IMG/VR virus record: IMGVR_UViG_2778261088_000006
From: a virus
Taxonomy: Duplodnaviria; Heunggongvirae; Uroviricota; Caudoviricetes
DNA length: 27,160 nucleotides
Direction: 5' to 3' (one strand)
The notes beneath the pieces are model-generated. The model made no database searches and was not told the DNA's origin. It saw only the letters and a list, made by a program, of their open reading frames with translations. Made by a program: the position numbers and the translations under genes. Shown here one piece after another: positions 8,501-19,040 of this stretch. The stretch's first letter is position 1. Every line of letters begins with the position of its first letter.

Positions 8501-11500
8501 TGATCCGGCGATAGTACAGGTCCATGTCAGTACATACGCGGTCCATATCCCTGATTATTGAGAAGATCGGACGGGCTTTCTCGTGCTCAATCACTCCGTC
8601 TTCATCGACCGAGGTCGTTACGCCATTGTTGGCTTTGGCCGCCGCTTCCGCCTGCTGACGCAATTCTTCATACGCCGCCAGTTGTTCTTCAGTAAGTGGT
8701 GCATCCTGCTGGTGTTCGTCCAGCTCCGGGATCTCCACGGTATCCTTAACGTCTTCCGCCGTTTTAAGCGTTGTCCAGCGATGGAATATGCCGCGCAGCG
8801 CATCAAGGTTTTCAAAGCCCACCAGCGCCATTTTTTCTTCAACTTCACCGCTGATTTTCTGTACCGTTTCCAGCCTGGTCTTGCCGAAGAATTTAACGAA
8901 GTCATCAGGACCGTAGATCCCCATCTTCTGCCAGTATTCCTTCGGCAGAACATGAGAAAGCATGTTGTATGCATCGATCGGGGTGTTAACGACTGGCGTT
9001 GCAGTCAGGAGAACCGGTCCACGCCCACCATTCTTTTTCATCAGGTACGCGTTTTTGATTGCCATATCTCGCGCCGATTGCGCCACCGCGCTGGTGGGCA
9101 GATAGGCCAGCTGTGACGCTTCGCGACCATTTTTATAGCTATTGCGGTAGTTGTGGCCTTCGTCAGCAATCACGCTGTCGAAGCCCATATCCTCAAAGTA
9201 CGGATACTTCTCTGCTTTTTCGGTACCGGTATCTGAATACTCCGACAATACCCGGCGACGCGCCGCCTCTTTGCGATGGGAATCGGAGTCCATTGCGCTG
9301 GCCACACGCCCGGCAGCAACGAAGTCATAAAGCATGTCTTGTGCATGCTCATCTACGGTGTCATCACGTAGCGGAATGCGGGCGTATTGTTCTTTGGTAA
9401 ACACGACTGCACGGTAGTTTGAGTGCGGGATCGCGTTCATCCGCGCCGTGATAGTGGCTTCATCTGCCAGCTTAAGGGCATCGCGCATAACGGGAGTGCC
9501 ATCTGCACCAACGACAGGTTTACCGTTCTCATCGAGCACCGGCACCTGGCGAATCTGATCGCCATCCATCAGCACATCAAGACCGACGAACAGGTAGTTA
9601 CTGAATGCCTCTTCACTCAGAAACTCTTTTGCTTCGTAATACCAGTTTTCCAGCACTGATTTAGGCACTACATACGCAGTACGGGTGGAACGACCGTTCT
9701 CATAGTTGAACGCCTCAAGCGCCAGCGCGGTCGTGGTTTTACCCAGCCCGGTACCGAAGCCCAGGATGCCGCGCCCATCTTCGGACAGTCGGCGCACCTC
9801 GCTATTCTGGTAATCAAATGGCTGTCGCTTACCGCTTAATCCCTTCAACCCAAGCGGATCGCCAGAGTGTTCATACGGGATATTGCTATTGAAAACATCG
9901 TTGTATTTGGCAACCAGCTCATCGTAGCGATCGTGCGTCTTGATCCACTTATTGAACTGGTCCTCAAGCAGTGCCATCTGCTCGCGGTAGCCGTTCGCCG
10001 TCGCGCTATCTTTGCCACCGATACGCGCACCATTGAGATACTTTTCCAGCTGTGCCGGGAACCCGGTCGCGTTTTCACCTGATTTACGGTCCCACTCGTA
10101 GCGGATCTCGCCTGTTTCTTTATCCTTGCGCTGGACGACACCGTATCGGTGCCCGACGAACAGACCATCACCACCGTGATAGGTGTCAGAAACCATTTCG
10201 TCGCCTTCCAGCTGCACTGACTGCACATAGCGCAGATCCGGATAGCCGTTTTCCTGCAAAAACTCCAGAATGACGGAGCGGTCGAACCAACGGCTATTGA
10301 GCTTAAAGCGGATATTCTCTGCTGGCGTCTTGATGCGCTTCTCTTCGATCGCTGCCAGCTGATTAAGGACGTTGTTCTTTACTGGACCGTCGGGGAGTGT
10401 GGCAAGGAATTCCTGTTTTGGAGCCACTATCTCGTTAATGTCGCCGCTGGTGGCGCGGGCGAACGGAACAATCCCGCCATACGGTGAAACCGCAATACCA
10501 GGGGTGCTGGCCAATAAATTAAGCAACTCTTCATCACTGGCTGGCAGTTCGCCGGTAAACGCAAGGCGGAAATCATCGAGCTGGATTGGATCGCGGGTAA
10601 GATCGCTATAGAGATAACGCAGGGTGTCCTGATAGCTGGTGGAGTCATAACTGGCGCTGGAATCATGCGTAACCAGCTTTCCTGCCAGCTCGTCAGAAAT
10701 AGTGCCATCCAGCTTAATTGCACCACGGAAAGCAAACCAGGAGCGCGCACCGCTTCCCGATAATTTAGCTATCGGACCGCGACCGGGGTTACCAAAACGG
10801 TCAATCTCTGCCTGCAAACGGGACACCAGAGAAAGGCGCTGTTGTTCGATTTGTTCAGCACTATGCCCGGCGGCCTTCATGTCCTGATATTCAATTAACA
10901 TCCGGCCAATCATCGCCCCGCGATACAAGCGTTCACGGTATTTTTCAGGCTGGCTGTTAATCCAGTCCACCAGCTGCACCATATCGTCGCTGATTGATGT
11001 GGTGTACTTATCGCGGACATTTGCCATCTGGGTAAATGTCATGCCGAGACGGCCTTCTGTTGTAGTCAGGTTACGCTGAAGAGCCTCCCAGCTATCCGCG
11101 CCATAACTGGCAGCATCGATCTTAAGTTCCTTCCCGGCATCAGCTTCAATCCAGCGACCACCAGCATATTTTTGCCATACGCCATTAATCAGGCGCATTT
11201 CCCCTTCACCAACAACGTCTGCGGTCGGTGACGGTTCAGCCATATCGAGCAAAGACCAGTCGATACGGCTTTCGAAACGATGAATCAGCTTCGCTTTAAG
11301 AGACTGGTTATCAATCTGACCGTCGGCACGAACCTCAATACGCCCCTGGAAGCCCTTTTCCTGGGTGCCATGAACAAACCGGCGGCCATCCTTTTCAAAC
11401 CACTTGCCAGAAATAAACGTTGGCCAAAGCACATTTGCCGATTCAAGAGTGCTTTCATCCACCAGGGGGATTTTCTCAGCCATCTCTGCCGGATGTTTGC

Positions 11501-12317
11501 GCATCAGCACCACATCTACGACCGTACTGGTCCCGTTTGCGTCAAAAGTACCGGTAGGCAGGCGGTGGGCACCAAGAAATTCAGCTTTCCGTGATAGGCG
11601 CAGGCGTAACCGCTTCATGTTTGAACCTGAAACAATGGACGGCGGCACAATCACACACATGAATCCGCCAGGCTTTATCTTGTCCAGCATGCGGAGCATG
11701 AAGTAAGAACCCATGTCCGTTTCTTCTGCGTAAGGCTTATCGATGTTGCGTGTGTTATCACGACCACCGAACGGAACGTTACCCACAACATGGTCGAATG
11801 AATCGTTAGGCGTGCTTACAGCCAGTTGTTCGAACGGGGAAATCTGTACGCTGTCTTCCGGATGTAACAGCTGGTTTATACGACCGGAAACACTGCTGAT
11901 CTCAGTCGCGGTCATCACCGTACCAACCGGTTTTGTCTCATTAAAAACGCCGGTGCCCGCCGATGGTTCCAGAGTGTTACCTACGTCCGCGCCATAGAGC
12001 TTCATGATCTCCCAGACGCCTTCAGCAATAGGCTTTGGTGTGTAATATTCGGAGACGGACCCGCCAATGCCGCCTTCACCAGTGTACCCGGCCAGGATCT
12101 GGCGCTGTTCATCTGTCAGTGTCGCGCCGTCCACCAGCGAATTAAGCAAATCTATCGCCTTCTGATTCGCCTCCCGGCGCAGTCGGTCATAGCTTTTGCC
12201 TTCCACCTTTTCCACGCCGTATTTAATCGGCGCTCGGTGAGATGTTATTGCCCTAATGTATTTCAATATTTCGCTGACACTTGAACAGCGAAACACCCCC
12301 ATAGATAGCTTGTTCAT
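5550..12317 (-). CDS. darB: Giant 2255-aa methyltransferase-helicase fusion; P1 DarB-like antirestriction protein
   Basis: Single 6.8-kb ORF. N-terminal N6-adenine methyltransferase motifs (LEPSAGTGVF SAM-binding, VVGNVPFGG catalytic). Central SF2 helicase motifs (GFGTGLGKTT Walker A, VIADEGHNYRN DExH box, LLTATPVVN motif III, QRNGRGAR motif VI). Length and architecture match P1 DarB as I recall it; portal, protease, lyz and ssb follow in the P1 order. Confidence 0.88.
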   Translation of the reverse strand: MNKLSMGVFRCSSVSEILKYIRAITSHRAPIKYGVEKVEGKSYDRLRREANQKAIDLLNSLVDGATLTDEQRQILAGYTGEGGIGGSVSEYYTPKPIAEGVWEIMKLYGADVGNTLEPSAGTGVFNETKPVGTVMTATEISSVSGRINQLLHPEDSVQISPFEQLAVSTPNDSFDHVVGNVPFGGRDNTRNIDKPYAEETDMGSYFMLRMLDKIKPGGFMCVIVPPSIVSGSNMKRLRLRLSRKAEFLGAHRLPTGTFDANGTSTVVDVVLMRKHPAEMAEKIPLVDESTLESANVLWPTFISGKWFEKDGRRFVHGTQEKGFQGRIEVRADGQIDNQSLKAKLIHRFESRIDWSLLDMAEPSPTADVVGEGEMRLINGVWQKYAGGRWIEADAGKELKIDAASYGADSWEALQRNLTTTEGRLGMTFTQMANVRDKYTTSISDDMVQLVDWINSQPEKYRERLYRGAMIGRMLIEYQDMKAAGHSAEQIEQQRLSLVSRLQAEIDRFGNPGRGPIAKLSGSGARSWFAFRGAIKLDGTISDELAGKLVTHDSSASYDSTSYQDTLRYLYSDLTRDPIQLDDFRLAFTGELPASDEELLNLLASTPGIAVSPYGGIVPFARATSGDINEIVAPKQEFLATLPDGPVKNNVLNQLAAIEEKRIKTPAENIRFKLNSRWFDRSVILEFLQENGYPDLRYVQSVQLEGDEMVSDTYHGGDGLFVGHRYGVVQRKDKETGEIRYEWDRKSGENATGFPAQLEKYLNGARIGGKDSATANGYREQMALLEDQFNKWIKTHDRYDELVAKYNDVFNSNIPYEHSGDPLGLKGLSGKRQPFDYQNSEVRRLSEDGRGILGFGTGLGKTTTALALEAFNYENGRSTRTAYVVPKSVLENWYYEAKEFLSEEAFSNYLFVGLDVLMDGDQIRQVPVLDENGKPVVGADGTPVMRDALKLADEATITARMNAIPHSNYRAVVFTKEQYARIPLRDDTVDEHAQDMLYDFVAAGRVASAMDSDSHRKEAARRRVLSEYSDTGTEKAEKYPYFEDMGFDSVIADEGHNYRNSYKNGREASQLAYLPTSAVAQSARDMAIKNAYLMKKNGGRGPVLLTATPVVNTPIDAYNMLSHVLPKEYWQKMGIYGPDDFVKFFGKTRLETVQKISGEVEEKMALVGFENLDALRGIFHRWTTLKTAEDVKDTVEIPELDEHQQDAPLTEEQLAAYEELRQQAEAAAKANNGVTTSVDEDGVIEHEKARPIFSIIRDMDRVCTDMDLYYRRITYRFLPEYADAVQQLADSLPKQATSEDDDSDDSITQQSQYSLIDKGEFIQLQVPEAFEQEVNKRLAKFGIDEQTVTHPVTPKYVKLIATLKEFFPEGKQIIFTDEKTQHQKLKRIICNALNLEPSKVGILNAQTVAEAGKTGKKLKAVKPPKELPDEPTDAQIAKYNEQMALYDAYIAQQNEMSLGGLEKIAADFQEGRTPIIICNKKAEVGINLHRGTTDIHHLTLPWTPASIAQRNGRGARVGSNRASVRVHYYCGKGSFDEYRLKTLKRKAGWISDILRSDKSEMENADANDMIEMQMYTAKDDGERLAMMQVQMDKAKAAKRARQKEQATIDLQNYIKAQHAAGEDVEVLTAELKRSKAELEKTTAEVAKFKQAVMAKAADNADWKARWGSVHHTDRTLLAQYRASLKSAIQRKANISQAISRYEKLLNRTQKAATDIKRLRPLVEDAINKGILDVDPDLVNHANEFLVIGDRSWRVGQYYDCAGDIVRIKSLDFDSQRADVEIIFTLRGTKSGNWDVKTLDKQVDVTPDEDAVMQKISGGVSIAGINDIISCDDFYRFQQRGMIKITDSYGVQTTESGYSIDFVGTYTDPLKHAVYPDRRDGALKSSIAKWVLGMMSEGNNRQIRSAETFLVELFGSNYGDVIASYGDTLSPEAIQEKIADAIARMPEKTSQGATRNGDSELEVTNAIFGTNEFRASDYEITTAQFGTIGIYSNKDEIKQSMDAASARIAAERKANLNHAVSALTQSWVTAIREAATTGKITPAIADVVNDGSKFMDAYKMDAVQLPSAYGQLSYRMTYNLVSMFSDLAILGLVDLNEVTPELLSMRKNHVEILQRINTVLAGRTDEEKQADADRINLALGNITEEEIAARNEKQEELSSIQGDATSIAQSLGLNYRVSTADLKMMYAPKFAAGEVFGLQEASGMKGVLFRAKDAIKAKFGARWLPAKAKNSDFPGNWWIIETKHNVADVLAVIQQYA

Positions 12318-12369
12318 TGGTAATCCTTAACAAGTGACTAGTGTTAAATTCCGTTAAAACACGATGCGA

Positions 12370-15114
<2,745 letters not shown>

Positions 15115-15126
15115 CCACCAAAAATA

Positions 15127-15153
15127 ACCCCGGCGGCTGCCGGGGTTCTCGTT
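15127..15153. terminator. Rho-independent terminator, probably bidirectional
   Basis: CCCCGGC-GGCT-GCCGGGG stem-loop followed by TTCTCGTT on the plus strand and preceded by TTTTTGGTGGTTATTT (a U-tract for the minus-strand transcript); lies after the pro stop at 15114. Confidence 0.6.
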
Positions 15154-15158
15154 AACTA

Positions 15159-15413
15159 TTATCGCCTTCGTCTGCGTGCCATATATTTGCGCACCGCGCG
15201 ACGTGGGCAATCTGAAGCGGTTTCTTTCTGCTGCATCAATCTTGCAGCCATGCTCAAAAATGTCAGGCACAGCCGAAGCCCGGCATATAATAGCGGTTCC
15301 AGTGGCCACGTCTCATTGAGCACATATACCGCCATGAAAATCGAGTCGAAAACTATCGCCGCCAGCGATAACTTCATTGTCGAAAGTCGGCGTAGCTGCC
15401 GGAGTTTATTCAT
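15159..15413 (-). CDS. Small hydrophobic protein (84 aa) translationally coupled to the end of lyz; possible lysis accessory protein
   Basis: Its ATG (15411-15413) overlaps the lyz stop (ATGAATAA). Contains a hydrophobic segment (LSLAAIVFDSIFMAVYVL) and an Arg-rich C-terminus. No family recognised. Confidence 0.3.
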   Translation of the reverse strand: MNKLRQLRRLSTMKLSLAAIVFDSIFMAVYVLNETWPLEPLLYAGLRLCLTFLSMAARLMQQKETASDCPRRAVRKYMARRRRR

Positions 15414-15963
15414 TGACCGGCCCCGTCAGGCAAAGCTGGCGTTCTTTTTCACGGCGAATCTTTAACCCGGGCAGGGGGACGCCGTTACTGTTCACAAAAT
15501 CAGGGAGATGGTTACACATATTCACCCATTCCCCTTTCTGCGCCCACTTGTGGATGGACGTTTCGACTCGCATGCCTCGCGCTTTGCTGTAGTAGGTCCG
15601 TAAACTATTGCATCCCATATTGAATGCCGCGCTTGTCATTGCGCTGAAGGCATTATCGGGCATGTCTTTGCCCCGGAAGTGCTGATTAATACAGCGTTCA
15701 GCGATCAGGATATTCTTTTCCCAATCAGCGGCGATTTGCTGGTCTGTTTTTCGCACACCCGGCGTTACCCCGTGTGTATTACCGATCCCGTCAGTCCATA
15801 CCCCTGCCGGGCACATGTATGGATCACGTCGGCAACCTTCAGCGTTACCAATCAGCTCAAGCCCCGCCTGGTTGGTTCGCACATTGCCATTACCCATCAC
15901 GATGGTAATCATCACCGCGATAGCGCAAATTGCACCGCCTCCTGCGGCTGTTTTTCCCTTCAT
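15406..15963 (-). CDS. lyz: SAR endolysin (lysozyme), P1 Lyz
   Basis: Translation from the ATG at 15963 begins MKGKTAAGGGAICAIAVMITIVMGNGNVRTNQAGLELIGNAEGCRRDPYMCPAG..., the signal-anchor-release N-terminus and lysozyme domain of P1 Lyz as I recall it. GAGG ribosome-binding site 7 nt upstream. The ORF track extends upstream to 16062 but the internal ATG is the likely start. Confidence 0.9.
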   Translation of the reverse strand: MKGKTAAGGGAICAIAVMITIVMGNGNVRTNQAGLELIGNAEGCRRDPYMCPAGVWTDGIGNTHGVTPGVRKTDQQIAADWEKNILIAERCINQHFRGKDMPDNAFSAMTSAAFNMGCNSLRTYYSKARGMRVETSIHKWAQKGEWVNMCNHLPDFVNSNGVPLPGLKIRREKERQLCLTGPVNE

Positions 15964-16096
15964 AAAGACCTCATAAGCGAATTTTTTACGCTCCAGGACA
16001 AACACCCATTCACAGCCAATACCGACTGACTCGATCCCTTTAGAAGACACAGGATAATGCAAATCACTTGTTAGCTACGTTTCAAAGATATACATT

Positions 16097-16113
16097 ATTG
16101 CTCTAATTAATTT
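16097..16113. promoter_or_regulatory. P1 C1-repressor operator-like site upstream of ssb
   Basis: ATTGCTCTAATTAATTT matches the recalled C1 operator consensus ATTGCTCTAATAAATTT at 16 of 17 positions; sits in the AT-rich lyz/ssb divergent region 20 nt before the ssb start. Confidence 0.45.
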
Positions 16114-16132
16114 ATTTTATTAGGTAAGATAA

Positions 16133-16621
16133 GTGGCACAACGCGGTGTAAACAAAGTCATCCTGATTGGTACCCTGGGGCAAGACCCGGAGATCAGGTA
16201 TATACCAAATGGCGGCGCGGTCGGAAGACTCAGCATCGCAACGAATGAATCATGGCGCGACAAGCAAACGGGCCAACAGAAAGAGCAAACAGAATGGCAT
16301 AAAGTCGTTTTGTTCGGGAAACTTGCTGAAATTGCGAGTGAATATTTACGAAAAGGTTCTCAGGTCTACATCGAAGGGAAACTTAAAACCCGTAAGTGGA
16401 CAGATGACGCCGGTGTAGAACGTTACACGACGGAAATTATCGTCAGCCAGGGCGGCACCATGCAAATGATCGGCGCTCGCCGTGACGATTCACAGTCCTC
16501 AAATGGCTGGGGGCAATCAAACCAACCTCAAAACCACCAGCAATACAGTGGTGGCGGTAAACCTCAGAGCAACGCCAATAACGAACCTCCAATGGACTTT
16601 GACGACGATATTCCGTTTTGA
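16133..16621 (+). CDS. ssb: Single-stranded DNA-binding protein
   Basis: GTG start with AGGT ribosome-binding site; N-terminus [30 protein letters not shown], a Gly/Gln-rich linker and the acidic C-terminal tail DFDDDIPF typical of bacterial and phage SSB. Confidence 0.92.
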   Translation: MAQRGVNKVILIGTLGQDPEIRYIPNGGAVGRLSIATNESWRDKQTGQQKEQTEWHKVVLFGKLAEIASEYLRKGSQVYIEGKLKTRKWTDDAGVERYTTEIIVSQGGTMQMIGARRDDSQSSNGWGQSNQPQNHQQYSGGGKPQSNANNEPPMDFDDDIPF

Positions 16622-16818
16622 ATGTGTAAAAAACGACTGAAAGAAAAGCGGTGGTCCAGACGCCGACAAAAGCACGAACTCGCTCAAAAACGCCAAAGTT
16701 GGCAATGGCACGCGCTTTTAACGAATAGAACACCCCGAGATATTGCTTTCGCTGGTGGGAAAACATTCCTAACCAACCTGAAGGCGCAATACATCAGTTT
16801 TTAAGCAGAGAAAAGACT

Positions 16819-17613
16819 ATGGCAGCACAAAATACTAAAACCATTCAATACCGCCTACGTAATGGCCAGAGTGTCGAAGTGACCATCAATAATGATGGAG
16901 TGCCAGGCGAAAAGGTTTCTATCTCTGATCTGGCTATCGAAAAAACCATCATGTGCCACCTTGGCTTTACTGAAGAAGTGAGCAAAAAGCATGGTGTAGC
17001 TATCTGGCGAACAATGGATACTGGCATGCGCAGATTCATTACCGCTCGTACCCCAGGTATGACCATGATGGACCTCATGCAGATTGCACCGCTGTTTGAG
17101 TGTGAACCTTTGGATGTATTCAGCAATCCAGCTATCTGCCAGCAGTTATATGGTGAGATGAAACTCGCTGTTACCCCCATTGTGCTGCATGAAGGATCGC
17201 TTGCTGGCGTATGGAAAGTAGAGCGAATTTCAAGCTACATGCCCTTCCACATCCATGTCAACGGCGTAATCGCAGGTGAAAATCAACCTGTTTCAGTTAC
17301 AAAGTCAGACCTCAAGCGCGCAATTCTTGAAGCAAGTTGTCGAGTTATCGGCCTTGGCAAACAGTCTTATGTTTCCTTCCCGGCTGGCCCTGAAGGCCCG
17401 GCAGAAATTCTGATTATGGATGCCGATCTGCTCTGGCAAATACAGTTTCTGATTGGCAAAAGCATCATCCGCGCTGAAGAACTCGATCAGTACATTACCT
17501 GCACGATGACAGATGAAGTCAAAAGTGTGGCTATAGCCAAGGCCCGGAACCTGTGTCGTGCTGCATTAACAGAACTGCAAGAAAACACCACGGAAGAGGT
17601 GGAAAGTGACTAA
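16819..17613 (+). CDS. Hypothetical protein, 264 aa; first gene of an unassigned two-gene operon
   Basis: ATG preceded by GAGAAAAG; clean ORF; its stop overlaps the start of the next gene. No motif recognised. Confidence 0.6.
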   Translation: MAAQNTKTIQYRLRNGQSVEVTINNDGVPGEKVSISDLAIEKTIMCHLGFTEEVSKKHGVAIWRTMDTGMRRFITARTPGMTMMDLMQIAPLFECEPLDVFSNPAICQQLYGEMKLAVTPIVLHEGSLAGVWKVERISSYMPFHIHVNGVIAGENQPVSVTKSDLKRAILEASCRVIGLGKQSYVSFPAGPEGPAEILIMDADLLWQIQFLIGKSIIRAEELDQYITCTMTDEVKSVAIAKARNLCRAALTELQENTTEEVESD

Positions 17614-18700
17614 TCGTATACAGAATGAACCTGCCTGGTTAGCACTGATAGAACAGTATAAAGACAATTGGGAACTGGCAGCGAAAGAGTTGCTTGATAT
17701 TGAGTTAACACCTCATCAAGCAAAAATTATTAACGCGATAAAGAACACCGGAGCCAAAGTCACTGCCACCACACCACATGGTATTGGGGAAACCTCTATT
17801 GTGGCAGTGATTAGCATCCTGCAAACAATACTGTATTCGTGTTCCCGTACAGTGGTTGTTTCTCCTGCTATTAACGATAGTCGAAAAACAATAATTGACT
17901 ATATGTTCCGTTATTGGGAGCGAGTTACCCAAAAACACCCTTTTCTTGGCAATCATTTCAGAATGCACCCTGACAAAGGGTTGGTGCATATCAGTGAAAT
18001 ATGGGGATGCGTCTATATAACCTATTGTCTGAATAACGAAGTGTCTCTGGCTGGTTTTACTGGACCGCACGATCTTTTCATCGTTATTAACTCGGCGGAA
18101 ATCAGCGATCGCGCTCATGCAGTGATAACTGGCAATTTAACCAATTATGACTCGCGCCTGCTGTTGCTGTCGAAACCATCGGAACGCGAGAAAGGGTACT
18201 TTTATGATTCGCATCACCGGTTGGCCCATAGTAAAAACAATCCTGCTGGTTTTTTCACGGCGATAACTCTAAACACAGAGGATTCACCTCTCGTTTCTGA
18301 AGCATATCTTGAATTCAAAGCCAAAGAGTTTGGTGGGCGCAATAGCGATGAATATCGCCGATTGATCTTGGGGAAATTTCCCGGGATTCGGGAGTTGATG
18401 GAAAAGTCATCTGTTCCCCGTAATATGCACTTCACAATGACTGACGGTAGTAAATGGGTAGTGCCTACGATCGTGATCGCCAAACACCATGCGAAACATC
18501 ACGCTCAAAAACACAACTCCAGCACATTAGACTGGCTGAAGGCCTATACAATACCGTTATTCTCGGCAAACCATAACGCTATAGCTGAATGGGCTAAACA
18601 AATCCCCTGGCAGGATGTGGCTGAAGAGGCATTTGTCGAAAAACCACCAAGAGATTTGCACGAGCACTGTTGGCTGACATCAGAAAAGAGCTTCTCGTGA
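17606..18700 (+). CDS. Hypothetical protein, 364 aa, with degenerate P-loop-like and Walker-B-like segments
   Basis: GTG start overlapping the upstream stop by 8 nt, preceded by GGAAGAGGTGG. Contains TTPHGIGETS (P-loop-like but with E where the lysine is expected) and DLFIVINSAE about 90 residues later; His-rich stretch HHAKHHAQKH. Confidence 0.6.
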   Translation: MTNRIQNEPAWLALIEQYKDNWELAAKELLDIELTPHQAKIINAIKNTGAKVTATTPHGIGETSIVAVISILQTILYSCSRTVVVSPAINDSRKTIIDYMFRYWERVTQKHPFLGNHFRMHPDKGLVHISEIWGCVYITYCLNNEVSLAGFTGPHDLFIVINSAEISDRAHAVITGNLTNYDSRLLLLSKPSEREKGYFYDSHHRLAHSKNNPAGFFTAITLNTEDSPLVSEAYLEFKAKEFGGRNSDEYRRLILGKFPGIRELMEKSSVPRNMHFTMTDGSKWVVPTIVIAKHHAKHHAQKHNSSTLDWLKAYTIPLFSANHNAIAEWAKQIPWQDVAEEAFVEKPPRDLHEHCWLTSEKSFS

Positions 18701-18703
18701 GGT

Positions 18704-18733
18704 AAAAATCCCGCCGATTGGCGGGATTTCTTT
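18704..18733. terminator. Bidirectional rho-independent terminator between convergent transcription units
   Basis: AAAATCCCGCC-GATT-GGCGGGATTT followed by CTTT; lies between the stop of the plus-strand 364-aa gene (18700) and the stop of the minus-strand 102-aa gene (18732). Confidence 0.6.
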
Positions 18734-19040
18734 AATATATGATCTGGTCTATATGATCACCAAAATCATCGTCGTCGTCCTCATCACCACCATCTACTGC
18801 TGGCCAATCAACAAACCAGCCAGCGTAAAGATGCAGCGTTCGGAGAACATCACTTGCGGGAGCATCAAGGGTGTTAACGAATCCCATATAGCTATTGGGA
18901 TTTGCTCCAGCTATGGCTTCAGCGATCATGTCCTCGGTAATGTCACCGGAGATAATGCTTAAACGCCCGGAAACTTCTTCATTATCATCAAATTCGATAA
19001 TGGCATCTCCGCCTAATGGCGCTGCGATTTTAATCTGCAT
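18732..19040 (-). CDS. Small acidic protein (102 aa), last gene of the darA-type operon
   Basis: Overlaps the ddrB-like stop by 11 nt; strongly acidic C-terminal part (VDGGDEDDDDDFGDHIDQIIY). Function unknown. Confidence 0.5.
   Translation of the reverse strand: MQIKIAAPLGGDAIIEFDDNEEVSGRLSIISGDITEDMIAEAIAGANPNSYMGFVNTLDAPASDVLRTLHLYAGWFVDWPAVDGGDEDDDDDFGDHIDQIIY

Noticed and set aside
5862-12000. Many short plus-strand ORFs antisense within darB (e.g. 8583..9116, 7740..8042)
   Set aside because: All lie inside the uninterrupted 2255-aa darB frame, whose protein carries coherent methyltransferase and helicase motifs; the antisense frames show no motifs.
5550-12317. Interpretation of the methyltransferase-helicase giant as a BREX/DISARM-type host defence gene
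   Set aside because: Size and gene neighbourhood match phage P1 DarB; treated as a phage antirestriction gene rather than a chromosomal defence system, pending alignment.
16622-16804. 60-aa basic ORF immediately after ssb
   Set aside because: Very short, no recognisable ribosome-binding site or motif, and Lys/Arg-rich composition is easily produced by A-rich DNA; left unannotated.
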